Shown in pieces: positions 12,701 through 22,219 of a stretch of 32,000 nt of DNA (its first letter is position 1; each line of letters starts with the position of its first letter). Below the pieces are notes generated by a model, which was not told the origin of the DNA, did not search any database, and saw only the letters and a list, made by a program, of their open reading frames with translations. A program made the translations under genes and the position numbers. This DNA comes from Acidothermus cellulolyticus 11B (GTDB lineage Bacteria > Actinomycetota > Actinomycetes > Acidothermales > Acidothermaceae), in assembly GCF_000015025.1 (NCBI RefSeq), contig NC_008578.1, positions 870,001 through 902,000 of the forward strand, written 5' to 3'.

Positions 12701-15391
12701 GTGCCGAAGTATGTCTATGACTTCACCGAGGGCAACCGTGACATGAAAGACCTGCTCGGCGGGAAGGGTGCCAACCTGGCCGAGATGACCAACCTTGGGT
12801 TGCCCGTGCCACCCGGGTTCACCATTACCACCGAGGCCTGCCGGGTCTACCTGGCGACCGGAGCACCGCCGCCCGAACTTGCCGCCGAGGTCGACGAGCA
12901 CCTCGCGCGGCTCGAGCAGGTGATGGGACGCAAACTCGGGGATCCGGACGATCCGCTCCTGGTCTCGGTGCGCTCCGGCGCGAAATTCTCCATGCCCGGG
13001 ATGATGGACACCGTTTTGAATATCGGGCTGAACGACGCCAGTGTGAATGGGCTCGCCAAGCAAGGGGGAAATGAGCGGTTCGCGTGGGATTCCTACCGGC
13101 GGCTGCTCTCCATGTTCGGCAAGACCGTCCTCGGCGTTGATGGGGAGCTTTTCGAACACGCGCTGGACGAGGCGAAGAAGGCGAAGGGGACGACGAGCGA
13201 CCTCGACCTGGAAGCCGATGATTTCCAGCGGCTCGTCGAGGTGTACAAGGACATCATTCGGACCCACGCCGGCCGGGAATTTCCGCAGGATCCGCGGGAG
13301 CAACTGAACCTCGCGATCCGGGCGGTCTTCGAGTCGTGGAACGGGGAGCGCGCCCGGCTTTACCGCCGGCAGGAGCGCATTCCGCACGACCTCGGCACGG
13401 CGGTCAATGTCGTCGCCATGGTTTTCGGCAACATGGGCCTGGACTCGGGGACCGGTGTCGCGTTCACCCGGGACCCGGGATCGGGGGACCAGGGCATTTA
13501 CGGCGACTACCTGCAGAATGCGCAGGGCGAGGACGTCGTCGCCGGAATCCGCAACACGGTTCCCCTCACGGAACTGGAGAAGCTGAACAAGGCGGCGTAC
13601 GACCAGCTGCTCGACATCATGCGCACCTTGGAACGCCACTACAAGGATCTGTGCGACATCGAATTCACCATCGAGCGCGGCAAACTCTGGATGCTGCAGA
13701 CCCGGGTGGGGAAGCGGACGGCGGCCGCCGCATTCCGGATCGCGACCCAGCTGGTCGACGAGGGCCTCATCGACATGGACGAGGCGCTGCAGCGCGTGAC
13801 TGGCGCGCAGCTTGCCCAGCTGATGTTCCCGCGGTTTGACGAGAAGGCCGCGAAGAAGCAAATTGCCAAGGGTGTCAACGCCTCGCCGGGAGCCGCGGTC
13901 GGGAAGGCGGTGTTCGATTCCAAGACGGCGGCGGAGTACGCCGCCCGCGGGGAGCGCGTCATCCTGGTCCGCCGGGAGACCAACCCCGACGACCTGCCGG
14001 GAATGATTGCCGCGCAAGGAATTCTCACCGCCCGCGGCGGCAAGACCAGCCATGCCGCGGTGGTTGCTCGCGGCATGGGTAAGACGTGCGTGTCTGGTGC
14101 GGAGCAGATCGACATCGACCTGGCCAACCGCCGGTTCACCGGGCCGAACGGCGAGGTGGTCCAGGAAGGCGACGTCATTTCCATCGACGGCACCAGCGGC
14201 GCGGTGTATCTCGGCGAGGTGCCGGTCGTGCCGAGCCCGGTCGTCGAGTATTTCGAAGGCAAATTGGCGCCGGACGCCGACCCGCTGGTCTCCGCCGTCC
14301 ACCGGATCATTACGCACGCCGACGCTCGGCGCCGGCTGGGTGTCGAGGCCAACGCGGACACGCCGGAGGACGCCCAGCGGGCCCGGCGGTTTGGCGCCGA
14401 GGGTATCGGTCTCTGCCGTACCGAGCACATGTTCCTCGGTGAGCGCAGGAAGGTCGTGGAGCGGCTCATTCTGGCGAAGGATGAAGCCGAACAGCAGGCG
14501 GCGCTTGCGGAATTGCTCCCCTTGCAGCGGGACGATTTCGTCGGCATTTTCGAAGCGATGGACGGCCTGCCGGTGACGGTGCGGCTCATCGACCCGCCGT
14601 TGCATGAATTCCTTCCCGACCTGACCGACCTGTCGGTGCGGATCGCGGTCGCCGAAGCGAAAGGCGAGCCGGTCGATCCCCACGATCGTGAGCTGCTCGA
14701 CGCCGTCCGACGGCTGCATGAGCAGAATCCGATGCTGGGACTGCGCGGCGTGCGGCTTGGCCTGGTCATTCCCGGGCTCTTCGCCTTGCAGGTCCGGGCG
14801 ATCGCCGAGGCGGCCGCCATTCTCATCAAGCGCGGCAAGAATCCGCGGCCGGAAATTATGGTGCCCCTGGTCGGCGCGATTCAGGAACTGGAAATCGTCC
14901 GGGAGGAAGCGGAAGGAATTCTGCGGACCGTCTCCAAGGAGACCGGGGTCGACGTGCACGCCCTCATCGGCACGATGATCGAGGTGCCGCGGGCGGCGTT
15001 GACCGCCGCGCAGATTGCGGAGGCCGCGGAATTCTTCTCCTTCGGCACCAACGACCTCACCCAGATGACCTGGGGCTTTTCGCGGGACGACGTGGAGGGG
15101 GCCTTCTTCGGCCGGTACATGGACCTCGGCATTTTCGGCGTCTCGCCGTTCGAGACCCTCGACCGGGACGGCGTCGGCCGGCTCATCCGGATGGCGGTCA
15201 CCGAAGGCCGCGCAACCCGGCCGGATTTGCGGATCGGCATCTGCGGCGAGCACGGCGGCGATCCCGAATCGGTGCACTTCTGCCACGAGGTCGGCCTCGA
15301 CTACGTGTCCTGCTCGCCGTTCCGGGTGCCGGTGGCTCGGCTGGAGGCCGGCCGGGCCGCGGTGGAGAGCGCCGGTTCCGATACCCGCTGA
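12701..15391 (+). CDS. ppdK: Pyruvate, phosphate dikinase
   Basis: It is 896 aa long. It has GGKGANLAEM, the phosphohistidine region GGKTSHAAVVARGMG, and the PEP-utilising C-terminal motif FFSFGTNDLTQ. Confidence 0.93.
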   Translation: MPKYVYDFTEGNRDMKDLLGGKGANLAEMTNLGLPVPPGFTITTEACRVYLATGAPPPELAAEVDEHLARLEQVMGRKLGDPDDPLLVSVRSGAKFSMPGMMDTVLNIGLNDASVNGLAKQGGNERFAWDSYRRLLSMFGKTVLGVDGELFEHALDEAKKAKGTTSDLDLEADDFQRLVEVYKDIIRTHAGREFPQDPREQLNLAIRAVFESWNGERARLYRRQERIPHDLGTAVNVVAMVFGNMGLDSGTGVAFTRDPGSGDQGIYGDYLQNAQGEDVVAGIRNTVPLTELEKLNKAAYDQLLDIMRTLERHYKDLCDIEFTIERGKLWMLQTRVGKRTAAAAFRIATQLVDEGLIDMDEALQRVTGAQLAQLMFPRFDEKAAKKQIAKGVNASPGAAVGKAVFDSKTAAEYAARGERVILVRRETNPDDLPGMIAAQGILTARGGKTSHAAVVARGMGKTCVSGAEQIDIDLANRRFTGPNGEVVQEGDVISIDGTSGAVYLGEVPVVPSPVVEYFEGKLAPDADPLVSAVHRIITHADARRRLGVEANADTPEDAQRARRFGAEGIGLCRTEHMFLGERRKVVERLILAKDEAEQQAALAELLPLQRDDFVGIFEAMDGLPVTVRLIDPPLHEFLPDLTDLSVRIAVAEAKGEPVDPHDRELLDAVRRLHEQNPMLGLRGVRLGLVIPGLFALQVRAIAEAAAILIKRGKNPRPEIMVPLVGAIQELEIVREEAEGILRTVSKETGVDVHALIGTMIEVPRAALTAAQIAEAAEFFSFGTNDLTQMTWGFSRDDVEGAFFGRYMDLGIFGVSPFETLDRDGVGRLIRMAVTEGRATRPDLRIGICGEHGGDPESVHFCHEVGLDYVSCSPFRVPVARLEAGRAAVESAGSDTR

Positions 15392-15483
15392 GCGCTACCA
15401 GTCGCCCTGCCCGGCTGGGATGACTGATACAGCGGCTGCACGCGGCGGGTTAGGCGTCCGGTTCGTCGGCTGCACGCGTGGGT

Positions 15484-15509
15484 GGGGGCGGCGGAGTTCC
15501 GCCGCCCCC
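15484..15509 (+). terminator. Perfect 11-bp stem hairpin GGGGGCGGCGG-AGTT-CCGCCGCCCCC downstream of ppdK
   Basis: Read directly from the sequence, about 95 nt after the ppdK stop. It has no U-tract, so I cannot confirm that it terminates transcription. Confidence 0.5.
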
Positions 15510-15607
15510 ACATTGCCGGCGGCCGGCTCGTCCCCGCGGTCGTGAGCAGGTGCGGCGGCGTTCCGCTGTCCCGACGTGTTGTCGGCGGTCGTCGATAGTC
15601 TCAGGCT

Positions 15608-17014
15608 GTGTCCGACGTAGCGGTGCCGCGTCAGATTGCCGCGTATGACGCGGCGGCCATGGAGCGGCGGGTCGACGAAGCGCCGAAGCACTCCGCCCGC
15701 TCGGCGTTCGCCAGGGACCGGGCTCGGGTGCTGCACAGTTTCGCGTTGCGGCGGCTCGGCGCTAAAACCCAGGTGGTCGGTCCCACCGATGTCGAGAGCG
15801 ATTTCCCGCGTACCCGGCTCACGCATTCGTTGGAGTGCGCGCAGATCGGTCGGGATCTGGGTGCAGCCCTCGGTTGTGATCCTGACATCGTGGAGACGGC
15901 CTGCCTCGCGCATGACCTCGGTCATCCGCCGTTCGGGCACAACGGCGAATCGGCGTTGGCGCAGATTGCCCGGCATATCGGCGGCTTTGAGGGAAACGCC
16001 CAGTCCTTCCGCCTGCTGACCCGTCTGGAGGCCAAGATTCTCGACGCCGCCGGGCACAGTGTCGGTTTGAATCTGACCCGGGCCAGTCTGGACGCCGCGA
16101 CGAAATACCCGTGGGGCCCGGATACGTCCGATGCCGACGCGGCATCTCATTCCGATGCCGGGGCGGCGTCCGTGCCTGATGCCGGGGTGTCTCCTCCCGG
16201 TGGGGTTGCATCCGTGCCCGATGCCGGGGCGGCGTCCGGCGGTGCGAGTGGCCGGAAATTCGGCGCCTACCGGGAGGATCTAGCGGTTCTGGACTGGGTG
16301 CGGGCCGGGGCGCCGGCGCGGCGTCCCTGCCTTGAGGCGCAGGTCATGGATTGGGCGGACGACGTCGCCTACTCCGTCCACGACCTGGAGGACGGGATTC
16401 ACGCCGAGTTGGTGCCGCTTCGCCGACTGCGGAATCCGGCCGGGTGGGCGGACGTCGTCGACGTCGCCGCCGAGCGGTACCTCATCGGGGTCGAACGCGC
16501 CGAAATCGACGACGCCGTACGCCGCTTGCTGAGCTTCCCATGGTGGTTGACGGAATACACCGGCAGCCGGCGTGAGTTGGCGGCATTGAAGAACATGACG
16601 AGCGAGCTGATCGGCCGCTTCTGTTCGGCGGCCGAAACCGCAACGCGCCAGGCGTATGGAGCCGCGCCGGTGAACCGGTACGCCGCCGAACTCGTGGTTC
16701 CTCGGGAGGCGCGGATCGAGTGCGGCCTGCTCAAGGCGGTCACCGCGCACTTCGTGATGGCCCGTCATGGCGCGGAGGAGACGCGGGTCCGGCAACGGGA
16801 GGTGCTGGCGGATCTCGTGGAGGCGCTGGTGGCATTGGACGGCACGGTCCTCGATCCGGTCTTCGCGGAGGAATGGCGGGAGGCGGCGGACGATGCCGGG
16901 CGGTTGCGGGCGGTCGTCGACCAAGTGGCGGCGTTGACCGACACCTCGGCGCTTGCGTGGCATCGCCGGCTCTGCCCACGCAACGCGGTGGTGATTGCCG
17001 GCACAACGGGATAG
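15608..17014 (+). CDS. dgt: dGTPase-like HD-domain triphosphohydrolase with an internal low-complexity insertion
   Basis: The HD motif is LAHDLGHPPFGH and the start is F.RDRARVLHS.ALRRL. It lies near dnaG, as in mycobacteria. An insertion SDADAASHSDAGAASVPDAGVSPPGGVASVPDAGAASGG is encoded at about 16126-16255. Confidence 0.88.
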   Translation: MSDVAVPRQIAAYDAAAMERRVDEAPKHSARSAFARDRARVLHSFALRRLGAKTQVVGPTDVESDFPRTRLTHSLECAQIGRDLGAALGCDPDIVETACLAHDLGHPPFGHNGESALAQIARHIGGFEGNAQSFRLLTRLEAKILDAAGHSVGLNLTRASLDAATKYPWGPDTSDADAASHSDAGAASVPDAGVSPPGGVASVPDAGAASGGASGRKFGAYREDLAVLDWVRAGAPARRPCLEAQVMDWADDVAYSVHDLEDGIHAELVPLRRLRNPAGWADVVDVAAERYLIGVERAEIDDAVRRLLSFPWWLTEYTGSRRELAALKNMTSELIGRFCSAAETATRQAYGAAPVNRYAAELVVPREARIECGLLKAVTAHFVMARHGAEETRVRQREVLADLVEALVALDGTVLDPVFAEEWREAADDAGRLRAVVDQVAALTDTSALAWHRRLCPRNAVVIAGTTG

Positions 17015-17142
17015 CGGCGCCGAGCAGGGGAAGGGATAGCGGCGCGAGCTGGGGAAGGGATGGCGGGGCGTCAGCCGGGTGCGCTAGCTGCGCCAGGGGT
17101 AAGGAAGACGAAGGCACGCAGGGGGAGACAACCGAGGAGGCA

Positions 17143-18372
17143 GTGGTGAGCGAACAGACATTCGTCGTCGTCGGGGCGAGTTTGGCCGGTGCGAAGGCGG
17201 CGGAGGCATTGCGCAGCGGCGGTTTCGACGGCCGAATTCTGCTCATCGGCGACGATCCGGAACGTCCGTACGAGCGGCCGCCGCTCTCCAAAGGTTTTCT
17301 CCTCGGAAAAGAGCCCAAAGAAAAAGCCTACGTGCATCCGGAGAATTTCTACGCCGAGCAGAATATCGAGCTGCGGACGTCGACCAGCGTCACCGCCGTG
17401 CACCGGGACCGTCACGAGGTCGAACTTGCCGGTGGTGAGCGGATTCGCTACGACAAACTGCTCCTGGCAACCGGTGCGGCGCCGATTCGGCCCCGGCTTC
17501 CCGGCGCGGATCTCCCCGGCGTGCTTTACCTGCGCACGATGGCGGATTCCGTTGCCTTGCGGGCGGCGTTGGAACGCGGCGGCCGGGTCGTCATCGTCGG
17601 CGGCGGTTGGATCGGACTGGAGGTCGCCGCCGCGGCGCGGCATTACGGGTGTGCGGTGGTCCTGCTCGAACCACTGCCGGCGCCGTTGTACCGCGTGCTC
17701 GGGTTGGAGCTCGGCGGGTTTTATGCGCAGGTGCACCGCGACCACGGCGTGGATGTGCGGCTCGGGGTCGGCGCGGCTGAATTCCGCGGCACCGACCGAG
17801 TGGAGGCGGTTGTCGCCAGCGACGGCACGGTGCTGACGGCGGACGTCGTGGTGGTCGGCGTGGGCGCCCGACCCAACACCGCACTCGCCGAAGCGGCCGG
17901 CCTGCCGGTTGAGAACGGCATTCTCGTTGACGAATTTCTCCGCACCGCCGACCCGGACATTTTCGCCGCCGGCGACGTCGCGAATGCCTACAATCCCTTC
18001 TACGGAACGAGAATCCGGGTCGAGCACTGGGCGAACGCGCAGGATCAGGGGTCGGCCGCGGCAGTGTCGATGCTCGGCCGGGGCGAGCCGTTCGCGAAGG
18101 TGCCCTATTTCTACTCCGACCAGTACGACGTCGGCATGGTGTACTCGGGTTTGCTCAATCCCGAGGAGAGCTACGAGCTCGTGTACCGGGGCAGCCGGGA
18201 TTCTGGAGAATTCTGTGTTTTCTGGCTCAAGGACGGCGTCGTCGCCGCGGGAATGAATGTCAACGTCTGGGATGTCCACTCCGACATCCGCGCGTTGATA
18301 AAGTCCCGGACGCCGGTGGATCCGGCGAAATTAGCGGATCCTGGAACGCCGATCGCCGAGGCGGCGCGATGA
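17143..18372 (+). CDS. FAD/NAD(P)-dependent oxidoreductase (ferredoxin-reductase type)
   Basis: It has Rossmann motifs VVVGASLAGAKAAE and VIVGGGWIGLEVAA, plus AAGDVA. GTG starts at 17143 and 17146 follow GAGGAGG. The Gly/Arg-rich extension back to 16720 overlaps dgt, so I rejected it. Confidence 0.85.
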   Translation: MVSEQTFVVVGASLAGAKAAEALRSGGFDGRILLIGDDPERPYERPPLSKGFLLGKEPKEKAYVHPENFYAEQNIELRTSTSVTAVHRDRHEVELAGGERIRYDKLLLATGAAPIRPRLPGADLPGVLYLRTMADSVALRAALERGGRVVIVGGGWIGLEVAAAARHYGCAVVLLEPLPAPLYRVLGLELGGFYAQVHRDHGVDVRLGVGAAEFRGTDRVEAVVASDGTVLTADVVVVGVGARPNTALAEAAGLPVENGILVDEFLRTADPDIFAAGDVANAYNPFYGTRIRVEHWANAQDQGSAAAVSMLGRGEPFAKVPYFYSDQYDVGMVYSGLLNPEESYELVYRGSRDSGEFCVFWLKDGVVAAGMNVNVWDVHSDIRALIKSRTPVDPAKLADPGTPIAEAAR

Positions 18373-18956
18373 CCGAGACCGTGGGCCAGCACACCGACAT
18401 CGCCGGGCAGCGGATTGACATCGCCGGCCAGCACACCGATACCGCCGCGCAGCGCACCGAGACCGGCGCGCAGCGGACCGAGACCGTGGGCGATGCGTCG
18501 TCCGGGCGGCGTCCGGTGGACGTTGAATCGGTGTCCGCGGTACTGGTGGTGGCTGAGGTGATTCGGCCGCTGCGGTGGCGGGTGCTGCGCCCGGACCAGC
18601 CGTTCGCCGAGGCGGTCTATCCCGGTGATGATGCGCCGGACACGTTTCACGTCGCCGTTCGAAGCGGCGGCGATGTGCTTGCCTGCGCGTCGTTTCACCG
18701 GGAACCCGCGCCGGACGGCCGGGAGGGGTGGCGGCTTCGTGGGATGGCGAGCGCCACGCCGGGGCGCGGATACGGGTCGACGGCCCTCACGTTCGGATTG
18801 GCGGAAGTGCAGCGCCGCGGCGGCCGGTTGGTCTGGTGCAACGCCCGCCTGCCCGCCGTCCCGTTCTACCAGCGGCATGGTTTCACCGTGACCAGCGCCG
18901 AATTCGAGATTCCCCCGATCGGCAGACACGTCGTCATGGAGCGGGTGCTGCCGTGA
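18369..18956 (+). CDS. GNAT family N-acetyltransferase with an N-terminal heptad-repeat extension
   Basis: The acetyl-CoA-binding-type segment is RGMASATPGRGYGSTAL ... FYQRHGF. The ATG overlaps the upstream stop (ATGA). Confidence 0.8.
   Translation: MTETVGQHTDIAGQRIDIAGQHTDTAAQRTETGAQRTETVGDASSGRRPVDVESVSAVLVVAEVIRPLRWRVLRPDQPFAEAVYPGDDAPDTFHVAVRSGGDVLACASFHREPAPDGREGWRLRGMASATPGRGYGSTALTFGLAEVQRRGGRLVWCNARLPAVPFYQRHGFTVTSAEFEIPPIGRHVVMERVLP
18372..18491 (+). repeat. In-frame 21-bp tandem repeat, about 5.7 copies (QHTDIAG/QRIDIAG/QHTDTAA/QRTETGA/QRTETVG)
   Basis: The units begin at 18387, 18408, 18429, 18450 and 18471. A partial unit (ACCGAGACCGTGGGC) precedes them. Confidence 0.85.
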
Positions 18957-19897
18957 CGGTGCAGGTGCTCCGGTACGCCGCATTTACCACCACACCGAGC
19001 GGCGGAAATCCCGCCGGGGTGGTGCTGGACGCCGCGGATCTCGACGACGCGGCCATGCAGCGCATCGCCGCAGAGGTCGGGTATTCGGAGACGGCTTTTC
19101 TTTCGCCCCGGTTTTCCGTCCCGCATTCCGCGGGGTCTTCTCCTTCGTCCGGGTTTTCTCCCCAGCCGTCGCTGCCTTCGGCCCATCTTTCCCCGTCCGC
19201 GCCTTCTTTTCCCGCGGACGGCGGATTCGCGGTGCGGTATTTCACCCCGCAGGTCGAGGTCCCGTTCTGCGGTCATGCCACGATCGCAGCGGGAGTCGTG
19301 CTGGGGGAGCGGTATGGGGAAGGCCGGTACCGCTTGCACGCGCCGGCGGGTCCGATCGACGTCGACGTGGCCCGGGACGCCGATGGGTACGTCGCGACGC
19401 TGACGAGTGTCACCCCGTCGCTCGCGCCTCTGCCGGATGCCGAACCGCTGCTTGCCGCGTTGCGCTGGTCGGCGTCCGACCTCGATCCGCAACTGCCGCC
19501 GCGGGTGGCCTTCGCCGGTTTGCACCACCCGGTGCTGGCGGCGGCGACCCGGGCCCGGCTCGCCGACCTGCACCCGGATCTCGACGCCCTTGCCGCAGTG
19601 ATGCGCGCGGCCGGCTGGTCGACGGTCCAGCTGGTGTGGCGGGAGACGCCGACCGTGTTCTGGTCGCGGAACCCGGCTCCCGCGGTCGGCATTGCCGAGG
19701 ATCCGGCGACCGGGTCGGCGGCCGCCGCGTTCGGCCACTACCTGCGCGAGCTCGGGCTGGTCGACGTCCCGGCGACGGTGACCATCCACCAGGGTGACGA
19801 TCTCGGCCGGCCGAGCGTTCTCGTCGTCCACATCGGGGCTGACGATCCGCGGATCCGGGTCGCCGGTCACGCCGTGCCGATCGATGACCCCGCCTAG
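18953..19897 (+). CDS. PhzF-family isomerase-like protein with a Ser/Pro-rich insertion
   Basis: The N-terminus is YAAFTTTPSGGNPAGVVLDA...GYSETAFL, followed by FCGHATIAAG. The GTG start overlaps the GNAT stop (GTGA). The insertion is SPRFSVPHSAGSSPSSGFSPQPSLPSAHLSPSAPSFP. Confidence 0.85.
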   Translation: MTVQVLRYAAFTTTPSGGNPAGVVLDAADLDDAAMQRIAAEVGYSETAFLSPRFSVPHSAGSSPSSGFSPQPSLPSAHLSPSAPSFPADGGFAVRYFTPQVEVPFCGHATIAAGVVLGERYGEGRYRLHAPAGPIDVDVARDADGYVATLTSVTPSLAPLPDAEPLLAALRWSASDLDPQLPPRVAFAGLHHPVLAAATRARLADLHPDLDALAAVMRAAGWSTVQLVWRETPTVFWSRNPAPAVGIAEDPATGSAAAAFGHYLRELGLVDVPATVTIHQGDDLGRPSVLVVHIGADDPRIRVAGHAVPIDDPA

Positions 19898-19906
19898 ACT
19901 CGTCGC

Positions 19907-21874
19907 GTGGCCGGCCGTATCCGGGACGCCGATATCGCCCGCGTCCGTGAGCTCTCCCCGATCGCGGACGTCGTCGCCGAGTACGTCACGCTGCGCAACG
20001 CCGGAGGCGGTTCGCTCAAGGGACTCTGCCCGTTTCACGACGAGCGGACGCCGTCGTTTCACGTCACACCCGCCCGGGGGCTGTGGCATTGTTTCGGCTG
20101 CGGCGAAGGCGGCGACGTCATCACGTTCGTGGAGAAAATCGAGCACCTGTCGTTTTTTGAGGCCGTTGAACGGTTGGCGGCCCGGGTGGGTTATGAGCTG
20201 CACTACGAGCAGGGCCCGGCATCGCTGCGCGGATCGGGCGGGCAACGGCAGCGGCTGTTGGCGGCGAATACAGCGGCGGCTGCGTTCTTCGCCGCGCAGT
20301 TGAGTGATGCGCCGGCCGCCCGGCGTTTTCTCACCGACCGTGGTTTTGACGATGCGACGATTTCCCGGTACGGGCTCGGATTCTCACCGGCCCGGTGGGA
20401 TGAGCTGGTCCGGCATTTGCGGCGGGAGGGGTTCTCCGACGACGACCTGGTGACGGCGGGTCTGGCGATCCGGGGAAACCGAGGGCTGGTCGACCGGTTC
20501 CGCGGCCGGCTGATGTGGCCGATCCGCGATATCACCGGGGACATTGTGGGTTTCGGCGCCCGTAAACTCGACCCCGCCGACGACGGCCCCAAATATTTGA
20601 ACACCCCGGAGACACCGCTGTTCAAAAAGAGCAGCGTGCTGTACGGGATCGACCTGGCGAAGAAGGACATCGCGCGGATTCGGCAGGCGGTCATCGTCGA
20701 GGGGTACACCGATGTGATGGCGTGTCATCTCGCCGGTGTGACGACGGCGGTGGCCACGTGCGGCACGGCGTTCGGTGAGGAGCACGTGCGGGTGTTGCGC
20801 CGTTTGCTGCTCGATACGTCGGAATTCGGCGGGGAGGTCATTTTCACCTTTGACGCTGACGCCGCCGGGCGGAAGGCGGCGATGCGTGCGTTCGAGTCGG
20901 ACCAGAAATTCGTCGCGCACACGTTCATCGCCGTTGCGCCGGACGGCATGGATCCGTGCGACCTGCGGCTGGCGCGGGGTGACGCCGCGGTGCGGGACAT
21001 GATTGCACGCCGGCAGCCGCTGTTCGAATTCGCCATCCGCAGCCTGCTGCGGGATTTCAATCTGGACCTCCCCGAAGGCCGGGTGGCTGCGCTGGAGCGG
21101 ACAATTCCGCTCGTCGCCCGCATCAAAGATGTGTCGCTTCGCGATGAATACGCGCGGCGGTTGGCCGGCTGGGTCGGGGTGGGCGATGAATTGGCGGTGG
21201 TCCGCCGGGTCCGCCGGGAGGCCGGCGGGTCGGCGCGCGGGCCCCGTCCGGGAGCGCCGGGACTGCGGGGGGCAGCGGCGGATCCACGCGGGACGGCGTC
21301 CGGCCCGCGGGGAACGGCGTCCGGCCCGCGGGGAACGGCGTCCGGCCCGCGACCGCCGGAGGCGGGTCCGGCGGCGGACCCGGCTGCCGCGCCGGACCCA
21401 CGGGATCCCGCGTTGCAGGTCGAACGTGAGGCGCTCAAACTTGCACTGCAACGCCCGGCCTTGCTCGGCCCGGCTTTCGACGCGCTGGACGCGGCCGCGT
21501 TCCGTTCGCCGGCGTACGCCGAGGTGCGCGACGCGATTGAAAAAGCAGGGGGGACGGCGACCACCGCGGGGGGTGACGGCTGGGTGGCCGCCGTGCTGGA
21601 CGCCGCACCGGACGACCGGGTCCGCCGGCTGGTCCGCGAACTGCTGGTCGAGCCGCCTTTCGTCGCCGGCGAGCCCGACGTCCGGTATGCCGCTGCGCAG
21701 GTGGCCCGGCTGCGGGTTCGCCTGCTGGATCGGGAGATTGCCGAGCTGAAGTCGCGGTTGCAGCGCATCAATCCGGTGGAGCAACCGACCGAGCACACCA
21801 GGCTCTTTGCCGAGCTGGTGCAGCTGGAGAAGCGCCGCCGCGATGACCTGGAGAACTACCTCGGCGTGGGTTAA
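19907..21874 (+). CDS. dnaG: DNA primase
   Basis: It has the zinc finger CPFHDERTPSFHV...WHCFGCGEGGDV, the Toprim segment IVEGYTDVM, and a C-terminal helicase-interaction region. It is 655 aa long. Confidence 0.93.
   Translation: MAGRIRDADIARVRELSPIADVVAEYVTLRNAGGGSLKGLCPFHDERTPSFHVTPARGLWHCFGCGEGGDVITFVEKIEHLSFFEAVERLAARVGYELHYEQGPASLRGSGGQRQRLLAANTAAAAFFAAQLSDAPAARRFLTDRGFDDATISRYGLGFSPARWDELVRHLRREGFSDDDLVTAGLAIRGNRGLVDRFRGRLMWPIRDITGDIVGFGARKLDPADDGPKYLNTPETPLFKKSSVLYGIDLAKKDIARIRQAVIVEGYTDVMACHLAGVTTAVATCGTAFGEEHVRVLRRLLLDTSEFGGEVIFTFDADAAGRKAAMRAFESDQKFVAHTFIAVAPDGMDPCDLRLARGDAAVRDMIARRQPLFEFAIRSLLRDFNLDLPEGRVAALERTIPLVARIKDVSLRDEYARRLAGWVGVGDELAVVRRVRREAGGSARGPRPGAPGLRGAAADPRGTASGPRGTASGPRGTASGPRPPEAGPAADPAAAPDPRDPALQVEREALKLALQRPALLGPAFDALDAAAFRSPAYAEVRDAIEKAGGTATTAGGDGWVAAVLDAAPDDRVRRLVRELLVEPPFVAGEPDVRYAAAQVARLRVRLLDREIAELKSRLQRINPVEQPTEHTRLFAELVQLEKRRRDDLENYLGVG
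21284..21346 (+). repeat. In-frame 21-bp tandem repeat x3 inside dnaG (PRGTASG x3)
   Basis: Read directly: CCACGCGGGACGGCGTCCGGC, then CCGCGGGGAACGGCGTCCGGC twice. Confidence 0.9.
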
Positions 21875-21921
21875 AGGAGTGCGGCCGCGACGGCCTGGAG
21901 AACTACCTCAGCGTGGGTTAA
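21847..21921. repeat. Duplication of the dnaG 3-prime end including its stop codon (28 bp, 27/28 identical: 21847-21874 and 21894-21921)
   Basis: The repeat CCTGGAGAACTACCTC[G/A]GCGTGGGTTAA occurs twice. GGTTAACTCCCG also recurs at 22042. Confidence 0.85.
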
Positions 21922-22219
21922 CTCCCGGGGGCGGACGTTGCTTTGAGGCGGCCATTCGCGAGCTCGGCGACTCTCGGCGATTCCTGGGGCGGGCGGCGTC
22001 CCGCTGCCTGAGGCGCGCAGACCGGTAAGCTCGGCGCGCCCGGTTAACTCCCGAGGACGTCTCGCTGGCTGAGGCGGGCGGTCCGGCGGGCGCCAAGGTG
22101 TTCGGCCCCGTCGAGGATGGCTGACCAGGGCGGCTGTCCGGGGCCGGACGATGGGATCGGCTGGCCGGTCGCTGCCGACCGGGGCCGGACACGGGGCTGT
22201 GCCCGCGGGCCGAACTACG

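Noticed and set aside
12605-15286. An 893-aa ORF on the minus strand, nearly as long as ppdK
   Set aside because: It is exactly antisense to a gene with unmistakable PpdK motifs. The product is Arg/Gly/Pro/Asp-rich with no recognisable domain. Long stop-free antisense frames are expected in high-GC coding DNA.
16720-17142. The 5-prime extension of the oxidoreductase ORF (550-aa version). The same applies to the extensions of era (3588-3824), PhzF (18728-18952) and the lipoprotein gene (23389-23538)
   Set aside because: The extensions overlap upstream genes or the tRNA and are Gly/Arg-rich. Internal starts with SD sequences coincide with the onset of family homology.
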